This document shows, piece after piece, positions 20,868 to 30,873 of a DNA stretch of 64,000 bases (position 1 is its first letter; each line of letters starts with the position of its first letter). Made by a program: the position numbers and the translations under genes. Source of the DNA: Nitrospirota bacterium (lineage in GTDB: Bacteria; Nitrospirota; Nitrospiria; Nitrospirales; Nitrospiraceae); contig JAQBES010000043.1 of assembly GCA_032123755.1 (NCBI GenBank), positions 17,238 through 81,237 on the forward strand, in the 5' to 3' direction. A model generated the notes under the pieces. The model worked only from the letters and a program-made list of their open reading frames with translations. It was not told where the DNA came from and made no database searches.

Positions 20868-21869
20868 GTGACACGGTTAACCGATCTTATTCGAGGACAG
20901 TCGAGTCAGGAAACTGGTAGTCCTGATGAAAAAATCCCCACCGGCACCGTGGGGCCGATCGGCCTTCCCGTTCCACTTTCCAGGCCGTCAGCGTCTGTTG
21001 CTGAGACCGATTGGTATCAACGTGCATGCCATGAGCTTCAGGGAATCAAGCGTGCGGTTCAGACGAGGCAGCCTTGGACGCTCGATAAATCAGCCCGGAT
21101 CGCATCTGGCATCGTGGCCTCTCTAGAAGCCACTGACAAGTTGGTTCAGACGGTCCTGCAGGCCAATACCGGAGACTATCTCGTCAACAATGCCGTGAGT
21201 GTCGCAGTCGTGAGTGTGAAAATTGCGGAAGCGCTTCGATACGAGCCGGCACAGCTCAAACAGGTTGCCTTAGCAGGATTGCTGCACGACCTTGGTATGT
21301 TCGTCCTGCCGGATTCTCTAGTGTACAAGACCGGGACGGTAACAGAAGAAGAACTTCAATATGTGAGGGAGCATCCACAGCAGGGAGCTCGCCTGTTCAA
21401 AGAAGTGGGAGAAGCCTGTCCTTGGGTGGAGAGGGTGATTCTCCAAGAGCATGAACGATGGGATGGCAGCGGTTATCCAAATAAGTTGGCTGGCAATCAG
21501 ATCGATGAAATGGCTCTCATAATCGGGCTAGCAGACGTCTTTGACGCCCAGATGAGCGCACGGCCCTATCGAAGTGGCGTGACGCCTCATGGGGCAATCC
21601 GTGCGTTGCTCGTAAACGGCAAGACAGTATTTCCGCATCATCTTCTGAAGGGCTTGGTCGAGCAACTCTCGATCTATCCGTTAGGGACGACCGTTCGACT
21701 GAACACCGGTGAAACCGGAGTCGTGTTTCAGTTGAATCGTCAGTACCCGCTGCGTCCGATCCTGCAACTCTCGCAACAGACTGCATCGGCTTGCGCAGCG
21801 ATATCGAAGACGGTGAATTTGCGAACCGAGACGTCCCTCCACATTGTGGAAGTGGTGCCCCTCGGTTGA
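20868..21869 (+). CDS. HD-GYP domain protein (putative c-di-GMP phosphodiesterase)
   Basis: LLHDLGMF (HD) and HERWDGSGYP (GYP) motifs. The N-terminal roughly 130 aa are unassigned. GTG start. Confidence 0.8.
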   Translation: MTRLTDLIRGQSSQETGSPDEKIPTGTVGPIGLPVPLSRPSASVAETDWYQRACHELQGIKRAVQTRQPWTLDKSARIASGIVASLEATDKLVQTVLQANTGDYLVNNAVSVAVVSVKIAEALRYEPAQLKQVALAGLLHDLGMFVLPDSLVYKTGTVTEEELQYVREHPQQGARLFKEVGEACPWVERVILQEHERWDGSGYPNKLAGNQIDEMALIIGLADVFDAQMSARPYRSGVTPHGAIRALLVNGKTVFPHHLLKGLVEQLSIYPLGTTVRLNTGETGVVFQLNRQYPLRPILQLSQQTASACAAISKTVNLRTETSLHIVEVVPLG

Positions 21870-21898
21870 TCCGCGATAGGAGAATAGGAGATGAGGCC

Positions 21899-22687
21899 GT
21901 GCGACAGCTAATACCACAACATCTCATCGGTCTTCTGGGCGTTGGTGCGATTCTCGCTGTGGCGTTTCTCGGGTGCCACAATCCGGCCAGTTCGTCTTTG
22001 CCACCCTCGGCAATCAGCGCCCCTGGGACGGCGATCCCACCGTTGCCGAGGGGAGATGTCTACGCCGATGAAACCGTCCCGACCTCGGAAACGCCTATCG
22101 AAACTGGTGACACGCTTGAGGTGGTGATTCGTCGCGGTGCCGGCGAGGAGAAGTTCGCCAGTGTCGTGCGGGAGAACGGAAAGGTCTCTGTCGGCTTTAT
22201 GGAAGTGGATGTCGGGGGCATCACCGCGGCTCTGGCGGAAACCCGTGTTCAGGAAGCTGCGGTGCCCTATATGCATGAGCCGCGTGTACAGGTCCTACTG
22301 AAGAAAAAAGTCCTGAAGGTCAAACGTGTCTTCGTGTTTGGGGATGTGAAGAAACCAGGGATGGTTCCCATGTCGAGACATATGACCGTGCTGCAAGCCA
22401 TTGCCGCTGTCGACATGTACCAGGAAACGGCGTTGATGGAGGAAGTCCGGGTGATCCGAGGCGGTGACCTCTCAAAGCCGACCATGCTGATGGCTGATCT
22501 TGCGCGCGCGTTTACCTATGGCGATATGACAAGGAACCTCGCGTTAGAGGAAAACGACATTGTCTTTGTGCCGCGCGAACATCTGGGCGATGCTTCCGAA
22601 GCTGGGAAAAAGATGATGCCGATCATTTCGGCTGGGATCGCACCGCTCTTCCCGGTGTTCCTTATTCCCACGCTGCTGGGGCGATGA
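21899..22687 (+). CDS. Polysaccharide export protein (Wza-like, Poly_export plus SLBB), lipoprotein
   Basis: I chose the GTG at 21899 (SD GGAGAATAGGAG). Lipobox AFLGC. GDTLEVVI...ENG.V and VFVFGDVKKPGMVPM...TVLQAIA are typical Wza-family blocks. Confidence 0.75.
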   Translation: MRQLIPQHLIGLLGVGAILAVAFLGCHNPASSSLPPSAISAPGTAIPPLPRGDVYADETVPTSETPIETGDTLEVVIRRGAGEEKFASVVRENGKVSVGFMEVDVGGITAALAETRVQEAAVPYMHEPRVQVLLKKKVLKVKRVFVFGDVKKPGMVPMSRHMTVLQAIAAVDMYQETALMEEVRVIRGGDLSKPTMLMADLARAFTYGDMTRNLALEENDIVFVPREHLGDASEAGKKMMPIISAGIAPLFPVFLIPTLLGR

Positions 22688-22723
22688 TAGTCGCAATCGA
22701 GACGAAAGAAGGACGCTGACCCT

Positions 22724-24862
22724 ATGGCCCAATATGAACTCAACGTCATCGACTATTGGCTGATCCTCAAGAAGAGGAAGTATCTTATTTTGCTGGCGGC
22801 GGGGCTTGTGCTGTTGTTCACGTTCCTGTTTTCAGAAATATTCAAGCCGAGTCCGCTTTATGAAGCGTCTGCGCGAGTAAAGTTCGACAGAACGAGTACC
22901 ATGGCCCAACAGTTAATCGAGAGCATGTCATTCTCCAATTCCAACGATCTTAACTCCCAGACCGAATTTATCAGGGGGTTTCCCGTGATGGAGCGTGTGG
23001 CGATGGAATTAGGTCATGTGCCGGCAACCTTGACGCCGGAAGAGAAACGATCGGCCACCTACCTCAACGCCGTGTATAACCTCGGTCAGGAAATTAAAAC
23101 GCAGCGGGAAGGCGATACGAACATCATCCGCATCACGGCCACCTCGGATCAGCCTGAGAAGGCAGAGAAGACGGCCAATGCAGTGGCCAATGCCTATCGT
23201 CTGGAAAATATCATGGCCCGGAACCGTCTCGTCATGGAGTCGCGGCGGTTTGTCGAGGAACAGCTGGCAGGCCTCGAAAAGCAGTTGAATAATGCGGAAG
23301 AAGAGCTGCGGGCGTTTAGGGAACGGGAAGGGCAGGTCTTTCTGACCGACGAGGCGCACGCTGCGCTGGAGACATTCACCAAGCTGGAAGAGCAGCATAA
23401 TGAGGTGATGCGAAAGCGGGCGGAGGGGGAACGGCAGATCTCGGTGCTCAATCGATCCGATGCGGTAATCGGGAACCAAACCGGTCGGATCTTCACGGAG
23501 GAGCAGAATGCACTGCTCACGATCTTGAATCAGCGTCTCCTTGATCTCCTCCAGGAACGAAACACACTGCTGATCAACTATACAACGGATCATCCGCAAG
23601 TCCGGGAGCACCAGCAAAAGATCGACAACGTCAGAGCGGAGATGGTTCTTGAACTCCGAGCCAAGCTCAAGACCATGCAAGACCGTGAGGCCACGCTTCT
23701 GGATCAACGCGATCGCTATCGAGGCCGGTATTTGCAGTTCCCGCGAGCGGCGATTCAGATGAGTCGCCTCGAGCGTGAGGTGAAAGTCAACGTCGATTTG
23801 TTGGCGACGCTCAAGGGCAAGCATCAAGAACTACAGATCAAGAGCGCTGAGCGGATTGAAGAGGTGACGATTATTGCGCCGGCCATTAAGCCCAGCGCAC
23901 CGATCAATGCGCCCAACATGGAGCTGAACCTCATGGTGGGCTCTCTCATGGGGCTCTTTCTCGGGATCGTCGTGGCCTTTGCGCGCGAATCATTCGATAC
24001 GTCGATCGGTACCATTGAGGGAATCGAAGAGTTTCTCAAGGTGCCGGTCCTCGGCGTGATTCCACAGTTCAATGGAAAAGAGATGCTGGAAGCCGCCCGC
24101 GCGGCGCTTCCAGCCCATGCCTCTGCGTCGACTGTGGAAAACTTCTCGAAACTCATTTGCCTGGTCGATCCGAAGTCTCCCCTGTCCGAGAGTCTGCGGT
24201 CGCTGCGAACGAATATTCAATTCGCTAGCATGGATCGGAAGGTCAAATCCATCCTCTTCACCAGCGCAGGGATTGGAGAGGGTAAGAGCACCTGTGTCAC
24301 CAATTTGGCGATCACGCTCGCCCAGGAAGGGCAACGAGTATTACTTGTCGACGCAGACCTTCGGAGGCCGATTGTGCATCAGCGGTTGGGTCTCGAGCGG
24401 GTCCCGGGCCTGGCAGATGCTCTAGTGGGCGGTACCTCCTGGCGCAGTCACGTACGGTCTGCCACGGATCTGATGCTCGGGTCGATGGGGGCGGATCGAG
24501 TGATGAGCACGCCCGGGTTGGATAACCTGAATATTCTGACCGCCGGGTCGGAGGTCGGCAATCCGAACCAGTTCCTCAACATGGACAAGATCTCGATGTT
24601 GGTGAGTGAGATGAATGAGGAATACGACCTCGTGCTCTTCGATACGCCTCCCATTCTTCCAGTCACGGATGCGGTGACATTCAGCTCACGCGTTGACGGG
24701 ACGATCCTGGTTTACCAGGTTGGGCGGATTGGTCGGAATGCCCTCAAGCGGGCCAAGTTTCTCCTGGACCATGCGCAGGCCAATGTGATGGGCATCGTCT
24801 TGACGAACGTGAAATCAGAGGTCACGCCTGACTACGGTATCTACCGCTACGAATATCGCTGA
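22724..24862 (+). CDS. Polysaccharide co-polymerase / BY tyrosine autokinase (Wzc/GumC/EpsG-like)
   Basis: N-terminal Wzz-type TM plus a long coiled coil and a second TM. Then the kinase domain with Walker A SAGIGEGKST, A' LVDADLRRP and B LVLFDTPP, and a C-terminal Tyr cluster PDYGIYRYEYR. Confidence 0.88.
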   Translation: MAQYELNVIDYWLILKKRKYLILLAAGLVLLFTFLFSEIFKPSPLYEASARVKFDRTSTMAQQLIESMSFSNSNDLNSQTEFIRGFPVMERVAMELGHVPATLTPEEKRSATYLNAVYNLGQEIKTQREGDTNIIRITATSDQPEKAEKTANAVANAYRLENIMARNRLVMESRRFVEEQLAGLEKQLNNAEEELRAFREREGQVFLTDEAHAALETFTKLEEQHNEVMRKRAEGERQISVLNRSDAVIGNQTGRIFTEEQNALLTILNQRLLDLLQERNTLLINYTTDHPQVREHQQKIDNVRAEMVLELRAKLKTMQDREATLLDQRDRYRGRYLQFPRAAIQMSRLEREVKVNVDLLATLKGKHQELQIKSAERIEEVTIIAPAIKPSAPINAPNMELNLMVGSLMGLFLGIVVAFARESFDTSIGTIEGIEEFLKVPVLGVIPQFNGKEMLEAARAALPAHASASTVENFSKLICLVDPKSPLSESLRSLRTNIQFASMDRKVKSILFTSAGIGEGKSTCVTNLAITLAQEGQRVLLVDADLRRPIVHQRLGLERVPGLADALVGGTSWRSHVRSATDLMLGSMGADRVMSTPGLDNLNILTAGSEVGNPNQFLNMDKISMLVSEMNEEYDLVLFDTPPILPVTDAVTFSSRVDGTILVYQVGRIGRNALKRAKFLLDHAQANVMGIVLTNVKSEVTPDYGIYRYEYR

Positions 24863-24886
24863 CGCGGCTATAGGAGCTGACATACC

Positions 24887-26269
24887 ATGCATGCGTCACT
24901 GGTGAAACCGCAAGATGCCGTCATTGTCTCAGTGTTGGCCGCCGTGCTTGCGCTGGGCCTCACACTGGCGACCCCGACGGTCGGCTTACAGGTCGTCTTC
25001 GGTTTCCTCATTGTGCTGGTGGCCTTCACGTCGGTTCCCGCCTCGCTCTTTTTGCTGATTTTTTCTATGTTGCTCTCTCCTGAAATCTCCGTTGGGCGAG
25101 CGGAGGGAAGAGGCGTCGGTGGACGAGAGCTCTCGTTGCGTGTGGATGATCTCTTGCTCGTGATCATCGGATTCAGTTGGCTGGTTAAGACGATCATCTA
25201 TCGCGATCTGGCTCTTATTCGCAAGACCCCGATCAATCGTCCCATCGTCTATTACATGCTGGTCTGTGTGCTCGCGACGCTGATCGGCGTCGTCGCCGGT
25301 CGCGTCCGTCCGCTCACGGGTTTCTTTTTCATTCTGAAATATTTTGAATACTTTTTTGTGTTTTTTATGGTCGTCAATCATGTGTCGACCAAACGGCAAG
25401 TCGTCAGTCTGGTGACGGCGTTGCTGGCGGTCAGCTTCGTGATTAGCGTGTATGCGATTGTTCAGATTCCAAGCGGACAACGGGCTAGCGCGCCGTTTGA
25501 AGGACAAAGCGGTGAACCCAATACTCTCGGCGGGTACCTCGTCTTCATCATGGCGATCGTCATGGGCCTATTCCTCCATTTGAAGTCACGAGCGATGCGG
25601 GTTGTGCTTGTTTCTCTCATGGGGTTCATCAGTCTGGCGCTCATGGCCACGCTCTCCCGCTCCTCCTACCTGGCCGCTGGTGTCTTGATGCTGGCTGTCG
25701 CCGTGACGCAATGGCGGCGCCCCGGTATGGTCGCGCTCATACTCCTACTCGCGGTCGTGCTCCCTTTTTTAGCACCTGATAATGTGAAACATCGGGTTAG
25801 CGAGACGTTTTTTGGACGTCAGTACGGGGGCGAAATTATAGTGGGAGACGTTGGGCTGGATCTCTCCACCACTGAGAGGCTGCGTTCATGGGAGTATGTG
25901 CTGAAAGACTGGCTTCACAGTCCTCTGCTCGGACGTGGTGTGACCGGCTACGCCTGGGCCGACGCCCAATACGTCAAGATTCTCGGCGAAACGGGTCTCG
26001 CGGGCATCGCAGCATTTATCTTCCTGATCGTCTGCTTGTGGCGGCGCGCGCGCGAGACCTTTCTGGACGAACAGGATCCATTTTGTAAGGGGTTGGCCCA
26101 TGGATTGCTGCTCGGCATGGTGGCCATGCTCGCACATGGCATCGGAGCCAACACCTTCATCATCATCCGCATCATGGAGCCCTTCTGGCTCTGCGCGGGA
26201 CTCGTCATGGTCTTGCCACGCCTGACATCTGGGCAGACGAACCCCGCCCCTCAGCGAGCGCTGGTATGA
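24887..26269 (+). CDS. O-antigen ligase/polymerase family membrane protein (Wzy-like)
   Basis: About 10-12 TM segments with a large loop containing SRSSYLA and W...GRGV.GY, typical of the Wzy_C/O-antigen ligase family. Confidence 0.7.
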   Translation: MHASLVKPQDAVIVSVLAAVLALGLTLATPTVGLQVVFGFLIVLVAFTSVPASLFLLIFSMLLSPEISVGRAEGRGVGGRELSLRVDDLLLVIIGFSWLVKTIIYRDLALIRKTPINRPIVYYMLVCVLATLIGVVAGRVRPLTGFFFILKYFEYFFVFFMVVNHVSTKRQVVSLVTALLAVSFVISVYAIVQIPSGQRASAPFEGQSGEPNTLGGYLVFIMAIVMGLFLHLKSRAMRVVLVSLMGFISLALMATLSRSSYLAAGVLMLAVAVTQWRRPGMVALILLLAVVLPFLAPDNVKHRVSETFFGRQYGGEIIVGDVGLDLSTTERLRSWEYVLKDWLHSPLLGRGVTGYAWADAQYVKILGETGLAGIAAFIFLIVCLWRRARETFLDEQDPFCKGLAHGLLLGMVAMLAHGIGANTFIIIRIMEPFWLCAGLVMVLPRLTSGQTNPAPQRALV

Positions 26270-27453
26270 GGTGGTTTCTCTTCTGTTATTGGTATGAGCC
26301 GGACGCACCATCCGATCCCGTAGGGCTCGTCCGTCTCTGGACCTTGGCGCGACAGCTCGTCGAAGGAGGCGACAGCGTAACAGTCTTTCCTCCACGGTAT
26401 CGCTCCTCGTTGCTCCAGCAGGGATTTTTGTCCACGCCGATTCCGCTCCTTCCTTGGCCGGTGTTGCGCCCGATTTCCTACGCTGTGCTCTCCTGTATCG
26501 TCGCTCTCGTGCGAGCCTGGCGGTCGAGACCGGACGTCGTGTATTACCGGTGGATGGACAGTCCGCATCCGTTGTTGTTTGCAAGACTCGTCGGGGCTCA
26601 GTGCGTCTGCGAGGTGAACGGTGAGCCGGTGCCTGATTGGTCAGAGTCCGACCGCAGGCTCAAGAGGAGACTCAAACACTGGCTGGCGTCCTTCGCCCTC
26701 AGCCGCTGTGATCGCATAGTTGTTTTGACAGAGGGATTACGCACTCTCGTCGTTCGCCGCTATCATGTGGCCCCTGATCGAGTTGCCGTGCTGCCGAGTG
26801 GAACGGACACCGGGTTGTTTATCCCTCAGGACGCAGCGGCCTGTCGGCGCCGAATCGGGATGGCCCTAGACCGTGACTACATTGGTTTTGTTGGGAGTTT
26901 CTACCGCTATCAAGGATTGCAGTGTTTGCTGGATGCGATGGCCATCATCAGACGCACCCTACCATCCGTGCATCTCCTCTTGGTTGGTGACGGAGAAGCC
27001 GCTACGGAGTTGAAGCAACAAGCAGATCGCCTGGTTCTCAATCCCTGTATTACCTGGGCCGGAAGGATAGCCTATCAGGAGGTTCCGATGTGGATTGGTG
27101 CCATGACGCTCTGTGTGGCTCCGTTTCGAGGGGACCGGGGCGAAACGTCTCCGGTCAAAATATTTGATTACCTTGCATGCGGAAAGCCCGTGATCGCCAG
27201 CGCGATCCCCTCTGTCTCCGCCACGTTTGTTCAAGAGGCCGGAGTCGCCTTGGTTCCGCCGGACGATCCTGACGCATTGGCTCAGGCGATGCTGCTACTT
27301 TTAAACGATCCGGAGCGGCAGGCCAGGATGGCAACCATTGGGAGACACTTTGTTGAGCAAGAGTTTAGCTGGACATACCTCACTAATCGCTTGAGAGAGT
27401 GGCTTGCCACCGAGCAGCCGTCGATACACCATGCGCATCCTCGTGTTCTGTGA
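26266..27453 (+). CDS. Glycosyltransferase family 4 (GT-B, GT1-type)
   Basis: C-terminal GT1 signature (FVGSFYRYQG...LLVGDG...P.K.FDYLACGKPVIAS). ATGA overlap with the upstream gene. Confidence 0.8.
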   Translation: MRWFLFCYWYEPDAPSDPVGLVRLWTLARQLVEGGDSVTVFPPRYRSSLLQQGFLSTPIPLLPWPVLRPISYAVLSCIVALVRAWRSRPDVVYYRWMDSPHPLLFARLVGAQCVCEVNGEPVPDWSESDRRLKRRLKHWLASFALSRCDRIVVLTEGLRTLVVRRYHVAPDRVAVLPSGTDTGLFIPQDAAACRRRIGMALDRDYIGFVGSFYRYQGLQCLLDAMAIIRRTLPSVHLLLVGDGEAATELKQQADRLVLNPCITWAGRIAYQEVPMWIGAMTLCVAPFRGDRGETSPVKIFDYLACGKPVIASAIPSVSATFVQEAGVALVPPDDPDALAQAMLLLLNDPERQARMATIGRHFVEQEFSWTYLTNRLREWLATEQPSIHHAHPRVL

Positions 27454-28618
27454 TGAAGACCTGAGCATTGCGGCAGGCGGAGCCCGGCAAGTGCTGGAAT
27501 TTGCCAAGGCCCTTTCGCTACGCACCCATACCATCAGAATCGTGGCGCCCCAGCCTGCTCATGGCCATCAGATCGCTCAGGAGTTTGCCTCGCTGTCCTT
27601 CCGGCCCGTGTCTGTTTGGCGGCTGGCCGGTCTTCGGCCCTTCTCGTTTTTGATTGCTTCATGGAAGGTCTTGCGGCAGGAACTAGTGGCGTGGGAGCCG
27701 GATGTGCTGTTGTGGTTCGATTCGCCAGGGCAGATAGCCCCGCTGCTCGCCCTGTCAAATCATGCCTGCGCGAGCGTGCTATTTGTAAATGGTTTGCCGG
27801 AGGAAGAGGTGCAGGGGATCTGGCGGTTCCCGTTTGTGCGATGGGTGCTTCGCATTGCGTTGAAAACAGCTGCGCGCCGTGTGCAGGCGGTGGTGAGCAT
27901 CTGTCGCGAGATTGTGATGCAGATGCAAGACGCCTGCAGAATCCCACCGGAGCGTTGTCACATCATTCGCAACGGGGTCGACGGGGATCGCTTCCATCCT
28001 CAATCGCATGAGGCTGCCAGGAAAGTTCTTGGACTTCCAGCCAAAGGACCCTATATCGGATTTGTCGGCGGATTCTTTCCCTGGCATGGTTTGGAGACGT
28101 TGATCGAAGCCGTGCCTTTCGTGCGTGACAAGGTCCCCTCCGCTACATTTTTGCTGGTGGGAGAAGGCCAAACAAGACAAGCTCTCGAACAGCATGTTCA
28201 GCAACAAGGACTGACGGAAACCATCCGCTTTGTCGGTCGGGCCGATTGGGCGCAGGTGCCGACCTGGATTGCGGCCTGCGATGTCTGTGTCGTGTTGCAT
28301 CGGCAAACTCGATCTTATCCCGGTGATTCCATGAAATTGTGGGAGTACCTGTCCTGTGGGCGCCCCGTGCTCACGACAGTCGGGCCGGGGTATGGAGAGA
28401 CGGTAGAGGCCATTGGGTGCGGACTTGCAGCGGAGCCAGATGATGCACAGGATTTGGCCAGGCAGTTGGTCCGTCTTCTTGAGGACCCTGATGAGCGAGT
28501 GAAGATGGGTGAACGAGGACGGATGGCGGTGATCCAGGCCCATACGTGGGGAGCACGGGCCCAAGAACTGGAACGCGTGTGCAGCGCGGCGCTTGCTGCG
28601 ATGCGGCGGACAGCATGA
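27431..28618 (+). CDS. Glycosyltransferase family 4
   Basis: MRILVFCDE...GGARQV, FVGGFFPWHG, LLVGEG and KLWEYLSCGRPVL. I prefer the internal ATG at 27431, which overlaps the upstream gene by 23 nt. Confidence 0.8.
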   Translation: MRILVFCDEDLSIAAGGARQVLEFAKALSLRTHTIRIVAPQPAHGHQIAQEFASLSFRPVSVWRLAGLRPFSFLIASWKVLRQELVAWEPDVLLWFDSPGQIAPLLALSNHACASVLFVNGLPEEEVQGIWRFPFVRWVLRIALKTAARRVQAVVSICREIVMQMQDACRIPPERCHIIRNGVDGDRFHPQSHEAARKVLGLPAKGPYIGFVGGFFPWHGLETLIEAVPFVRDKVPSATFLLVGEGQTRQALEQHVQQQGLTETIRFVGRADWAQVPTWIAACDVCVVLHRQTRSYPGDSMKLWEYLSCGRPVLTTVGPGYGETVEAIGCGLAAEPDDAQDLARQLVRLLEDPDERVKMGERGRMAVIQAHTWGARAQELERVCSAALAAMRRTA

Positions 28619-30111
28619 TAACCAGCCGTGACATGGTAATGGCAAAACCCCAGGTCAAACAGGATAGGGCTGAACCAGCCCCGGCACGTCTGCGCCACCG
28701 GATTCTCCAAGCTGGTGGATGGGCCGGGGCGGGATTTGTGTTGGATAAAGTGATCGCGGCGATCCAGCTGATGGTGGTGGCACGTCTGTTAACTCCGTCA
28801 GATTTCGGCGTGATGGCTGCATCCGCCATCATCGTCCTGGCATTCATGACAATCAGTGAGTTGGGGATTGAATCGGCCTTGATTGCCAAGGCGGAGGTTG
28901 ACCGTGAGGACCTGGCTGTCGCGTGGACCGTCGCGATTGCGCGGGGAGTCGCTATGGCAGCCTGTCTCTGGGTAGCGGCTGATGTGATTGGCCAGGCCAT
29001 GCAGATGCCTCAACTGGCGTCCTTGTTGCGCGTACATGCCTGGATGCTCGTGCTGCAGGGGCTACAGAGTCCGGCAATGGCCATCGTCTTAAAGAACCTA
29101 GATCTGCGTCGGCGTGTCTCTATGGATCTTGTCCGACGCGTGATCGAAGCAGGTACGATCATCGCTCTTGCCCTGTGGCTCCGCAACGTATGGGCGCTCT
29201 TGCTTGGGCAGCTAATCGGGATGTGCGTGGGTAGCCTGCTGTCATTCCGGGTGGCACCGTTCCGGCCACGCCTGTCGCTCTATCGTCCTGCACGCGATTA
29301 CTTTCTGTGCTATGGAAAACATTTGAATGTCGCGACGCTCTGTATCTTCGGCGTCATGAGTGGGGGAGAGCTGGTCATCGGTCGCGCACTCGGCCAAGAG
29401 GCGTTGGGCTTCTATCAGATCGCGCTGGCGATTCCTCTCTTGTTGGGCGTCCGGGCCACGGTGTTGATCCATCAGATCAGCCTGCCTACCTATTCGTTGC
29501 TTCAACAGGACCGACTTGGTGTGGCCCGTGTATTCGAACTTCAAATGGGCCTGGTTGGACTTATCTTCATTCCACTGGCGGCCGGTGTTGCGGTGCTCGC
29601 TCCGGTGATTGTGCCGTTGGCATTTGGTCCTCAGTGGCTCGCCATCGTCGAGCCACTCAGAATACTTTGTGTGTATGCCGTCTGCGCCGGGTATTTGAGC
29701 GTCATGACCGCCTTGCATTATGGGGTAAACAGGCCGGATCTCCAGATGAAATGTTGGGGAGGGCAGTTTCTCTTTTTCGCTGTGATAATTGTGCCACTGA
29801 CCATGAATTTTGGTCTCACCGGCGGTGCCGTCGCACTGGCCGCCAGCTATGTGCTGGGAGTGCTGTTACAAGGTATCGGGACCAGAGCCCTCATCGGAAT
29901 GGCAGCGAGTGCCACATTCTGGTCTGTCGGAAGAGCCTGTCTCTTAGCAGGGTTCCTTGTCGGGATTATCCTCCTGATGTCAGAAGCAACTTCAACGCCG
30001 CCAACCTCCTGGGTGCTGGTCTCAGCCTGCCTGGGGGGACTGGGGCTCTATAGCGGCTATCTCTGGCTGGTCGAAGTCCCACGGTTGAAAGTTCTCTGGG
30101 AATATCGCTGA
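28615..30111 (+). CDS. Polysaccharide flippase (Wzx-like, MOP superfamily)
   Basis: About 12-14 TM helices, with the typical N-terminal basic stretch followed by the G..A......KV......L..VARLL.P.DFG pattern. ATGA overlap with the upstream GT4. Confidence 0.7.
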   Translation: MITSRDMVMAKPQVKQDRAEPAPARLRHRILQAGGWAGAGFVLDKVIAAIQLMVVARLLTPSDFGVMAASAIIVLAFMTISELGIESALIAKAEVDREDLAVAWTVAIARGVAMAACLWVAADVIGQAMQMPQLASLLRVHAWMLVLQGLQSPAMAIVLKNLDLRRRVSMDLVRRVIEAGTIIALALWLRNVWALLLGQLIGMCVGSLLSFRVAPFRPRLSLYRPARDYFLCYGKHLNVATLCIFGVMSGGELVIGRALGQEALGFYQIALAIPLLLGVRATVLIHQISLPTYSLLQQDRLGVARVFELQMGLVGLIFIPLAAGVAVLAPVIVPLAFGPQWLAIVEPLRILCVYAVCAGYLSVMTALHYGVNRPDLQMKCWGGQFLFFAVIIVPLTMNFGLTGGAVALAASYVLGVLLQGIGTRALIGMAASATFWSVGRACLLAGFLVGIILLMSEATSTPPTSWVLVSACLGGLGLYSGYLWLVEVPRLKVLWEYR

Positions 30112-30114
30112 CAG

Positions 30115-30858
30115 ATGACGACTACGATGCGGCACCGTGCAACAGATTGGTGGAATCGGCGCTATCCGGACTGGGTACCAGAAATTGCATTGCGGTACTT
30201 GCCGGTAGTGGAATCGATTCGTGCCGAGCCTCCGAGCGGTTTAATCTTGGAGGTAGGGGTGAACCGCTCGGGCCTGACAACCTATCTTCGCCGGCCAGTG
30301 ATTGGAGTGGATTGTGTCATGGGGACCGCGCGCGCTGCACTGGTGACTCCTGTCCTTGCGAAGGGGCAGGCGTTACCGTTTCAGTCCGGAGCGTTTGACT
30401 ACACGGTCTGTATGGACACGTTGGAACATATCAAGTCTTCTGACCGGAACCGTTTTCTTCGGGAACTCATGAGGGTCACCAAGCGGCGGGTTTACATGGG
30501 GTGCCCAATGGGATTTCAAGCCGAACGGGAAGACCAGGCCCTACATCTGTATTATCGGGCGCAGAAAGGCGAGTCGTTTCCGTTTCTTGATGAGCACATT
30601 GCCAATGGTCTTCCCAGACTGGAAACCGTTCTTGCCGAGATGGAGGGCATTGCCAAGGATAGCGGGAGATCCATCCGACTCCATTGCGAACCGAATCTGA
30701 ATGTGTGGGTGCATCGGATGCTGCTTCGCCTGTGGATGCGGACGGACCGGGTCAGTTATGCCGTACATCGTCTGGCCATTGTGGTGGTGCATGTGCGTCG
30801 CTGGCTCAATGTTGGTCCCTGCTACCGGCAGATCATCGTGGCGGAGTTCGATGTGTAG
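30115..30858 (+). CDS. Class I SAM-dependent methyltransferase-fold protein (divergent motif I)
   Basis: ILEVGVNRSG (motif I-like), LPF.SGAFDYTVCMDTLEHI and RELMRVTKRRV, which is the Methyltransf_11-like layout. Confidence 0.6.
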   Translation: MTTTMRHRATDWWNRRYPDWVPEIALRYLPVVESIRAEPPSGLILEVGVNRSGLTTYLRRPVIGVDCVMGTARAALVTPVLAKGQALPFQSGAFDYTVCMDTLEHIKSSDRNRFLRELMRVTKRRVYMGCPMGFQAEREDQALHLYYRAQKGESFPFLDEHIANGLPRLETVLAEMEGIAKDSGRSIRLHCEPNLNVWVHRMLLRLWMRTDRVSYAVHRLAIVVVHVRRWLNVGPCYRQIIVAEFDV

Positions 30859-30873
30859 CATCGAGATTTTATA

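Noticed and set aside
27779-28645. Long antisense ORFs inside confidently assigned genes. Examples on the minus strand: 27779-28645 (288 aa), 25886-26584 (232 aa), 28371-29000, 8725-9399, 9345-10064 and 13806-14594.
   Set aside because: Each lies fully opposite a gene with canonical motifs. Their products are Arg/Pro/Ser/His-rich low-complexity strings, as expected for the reverse frames of GC-rich coding DNA. They have no SD and no recognisable domain.
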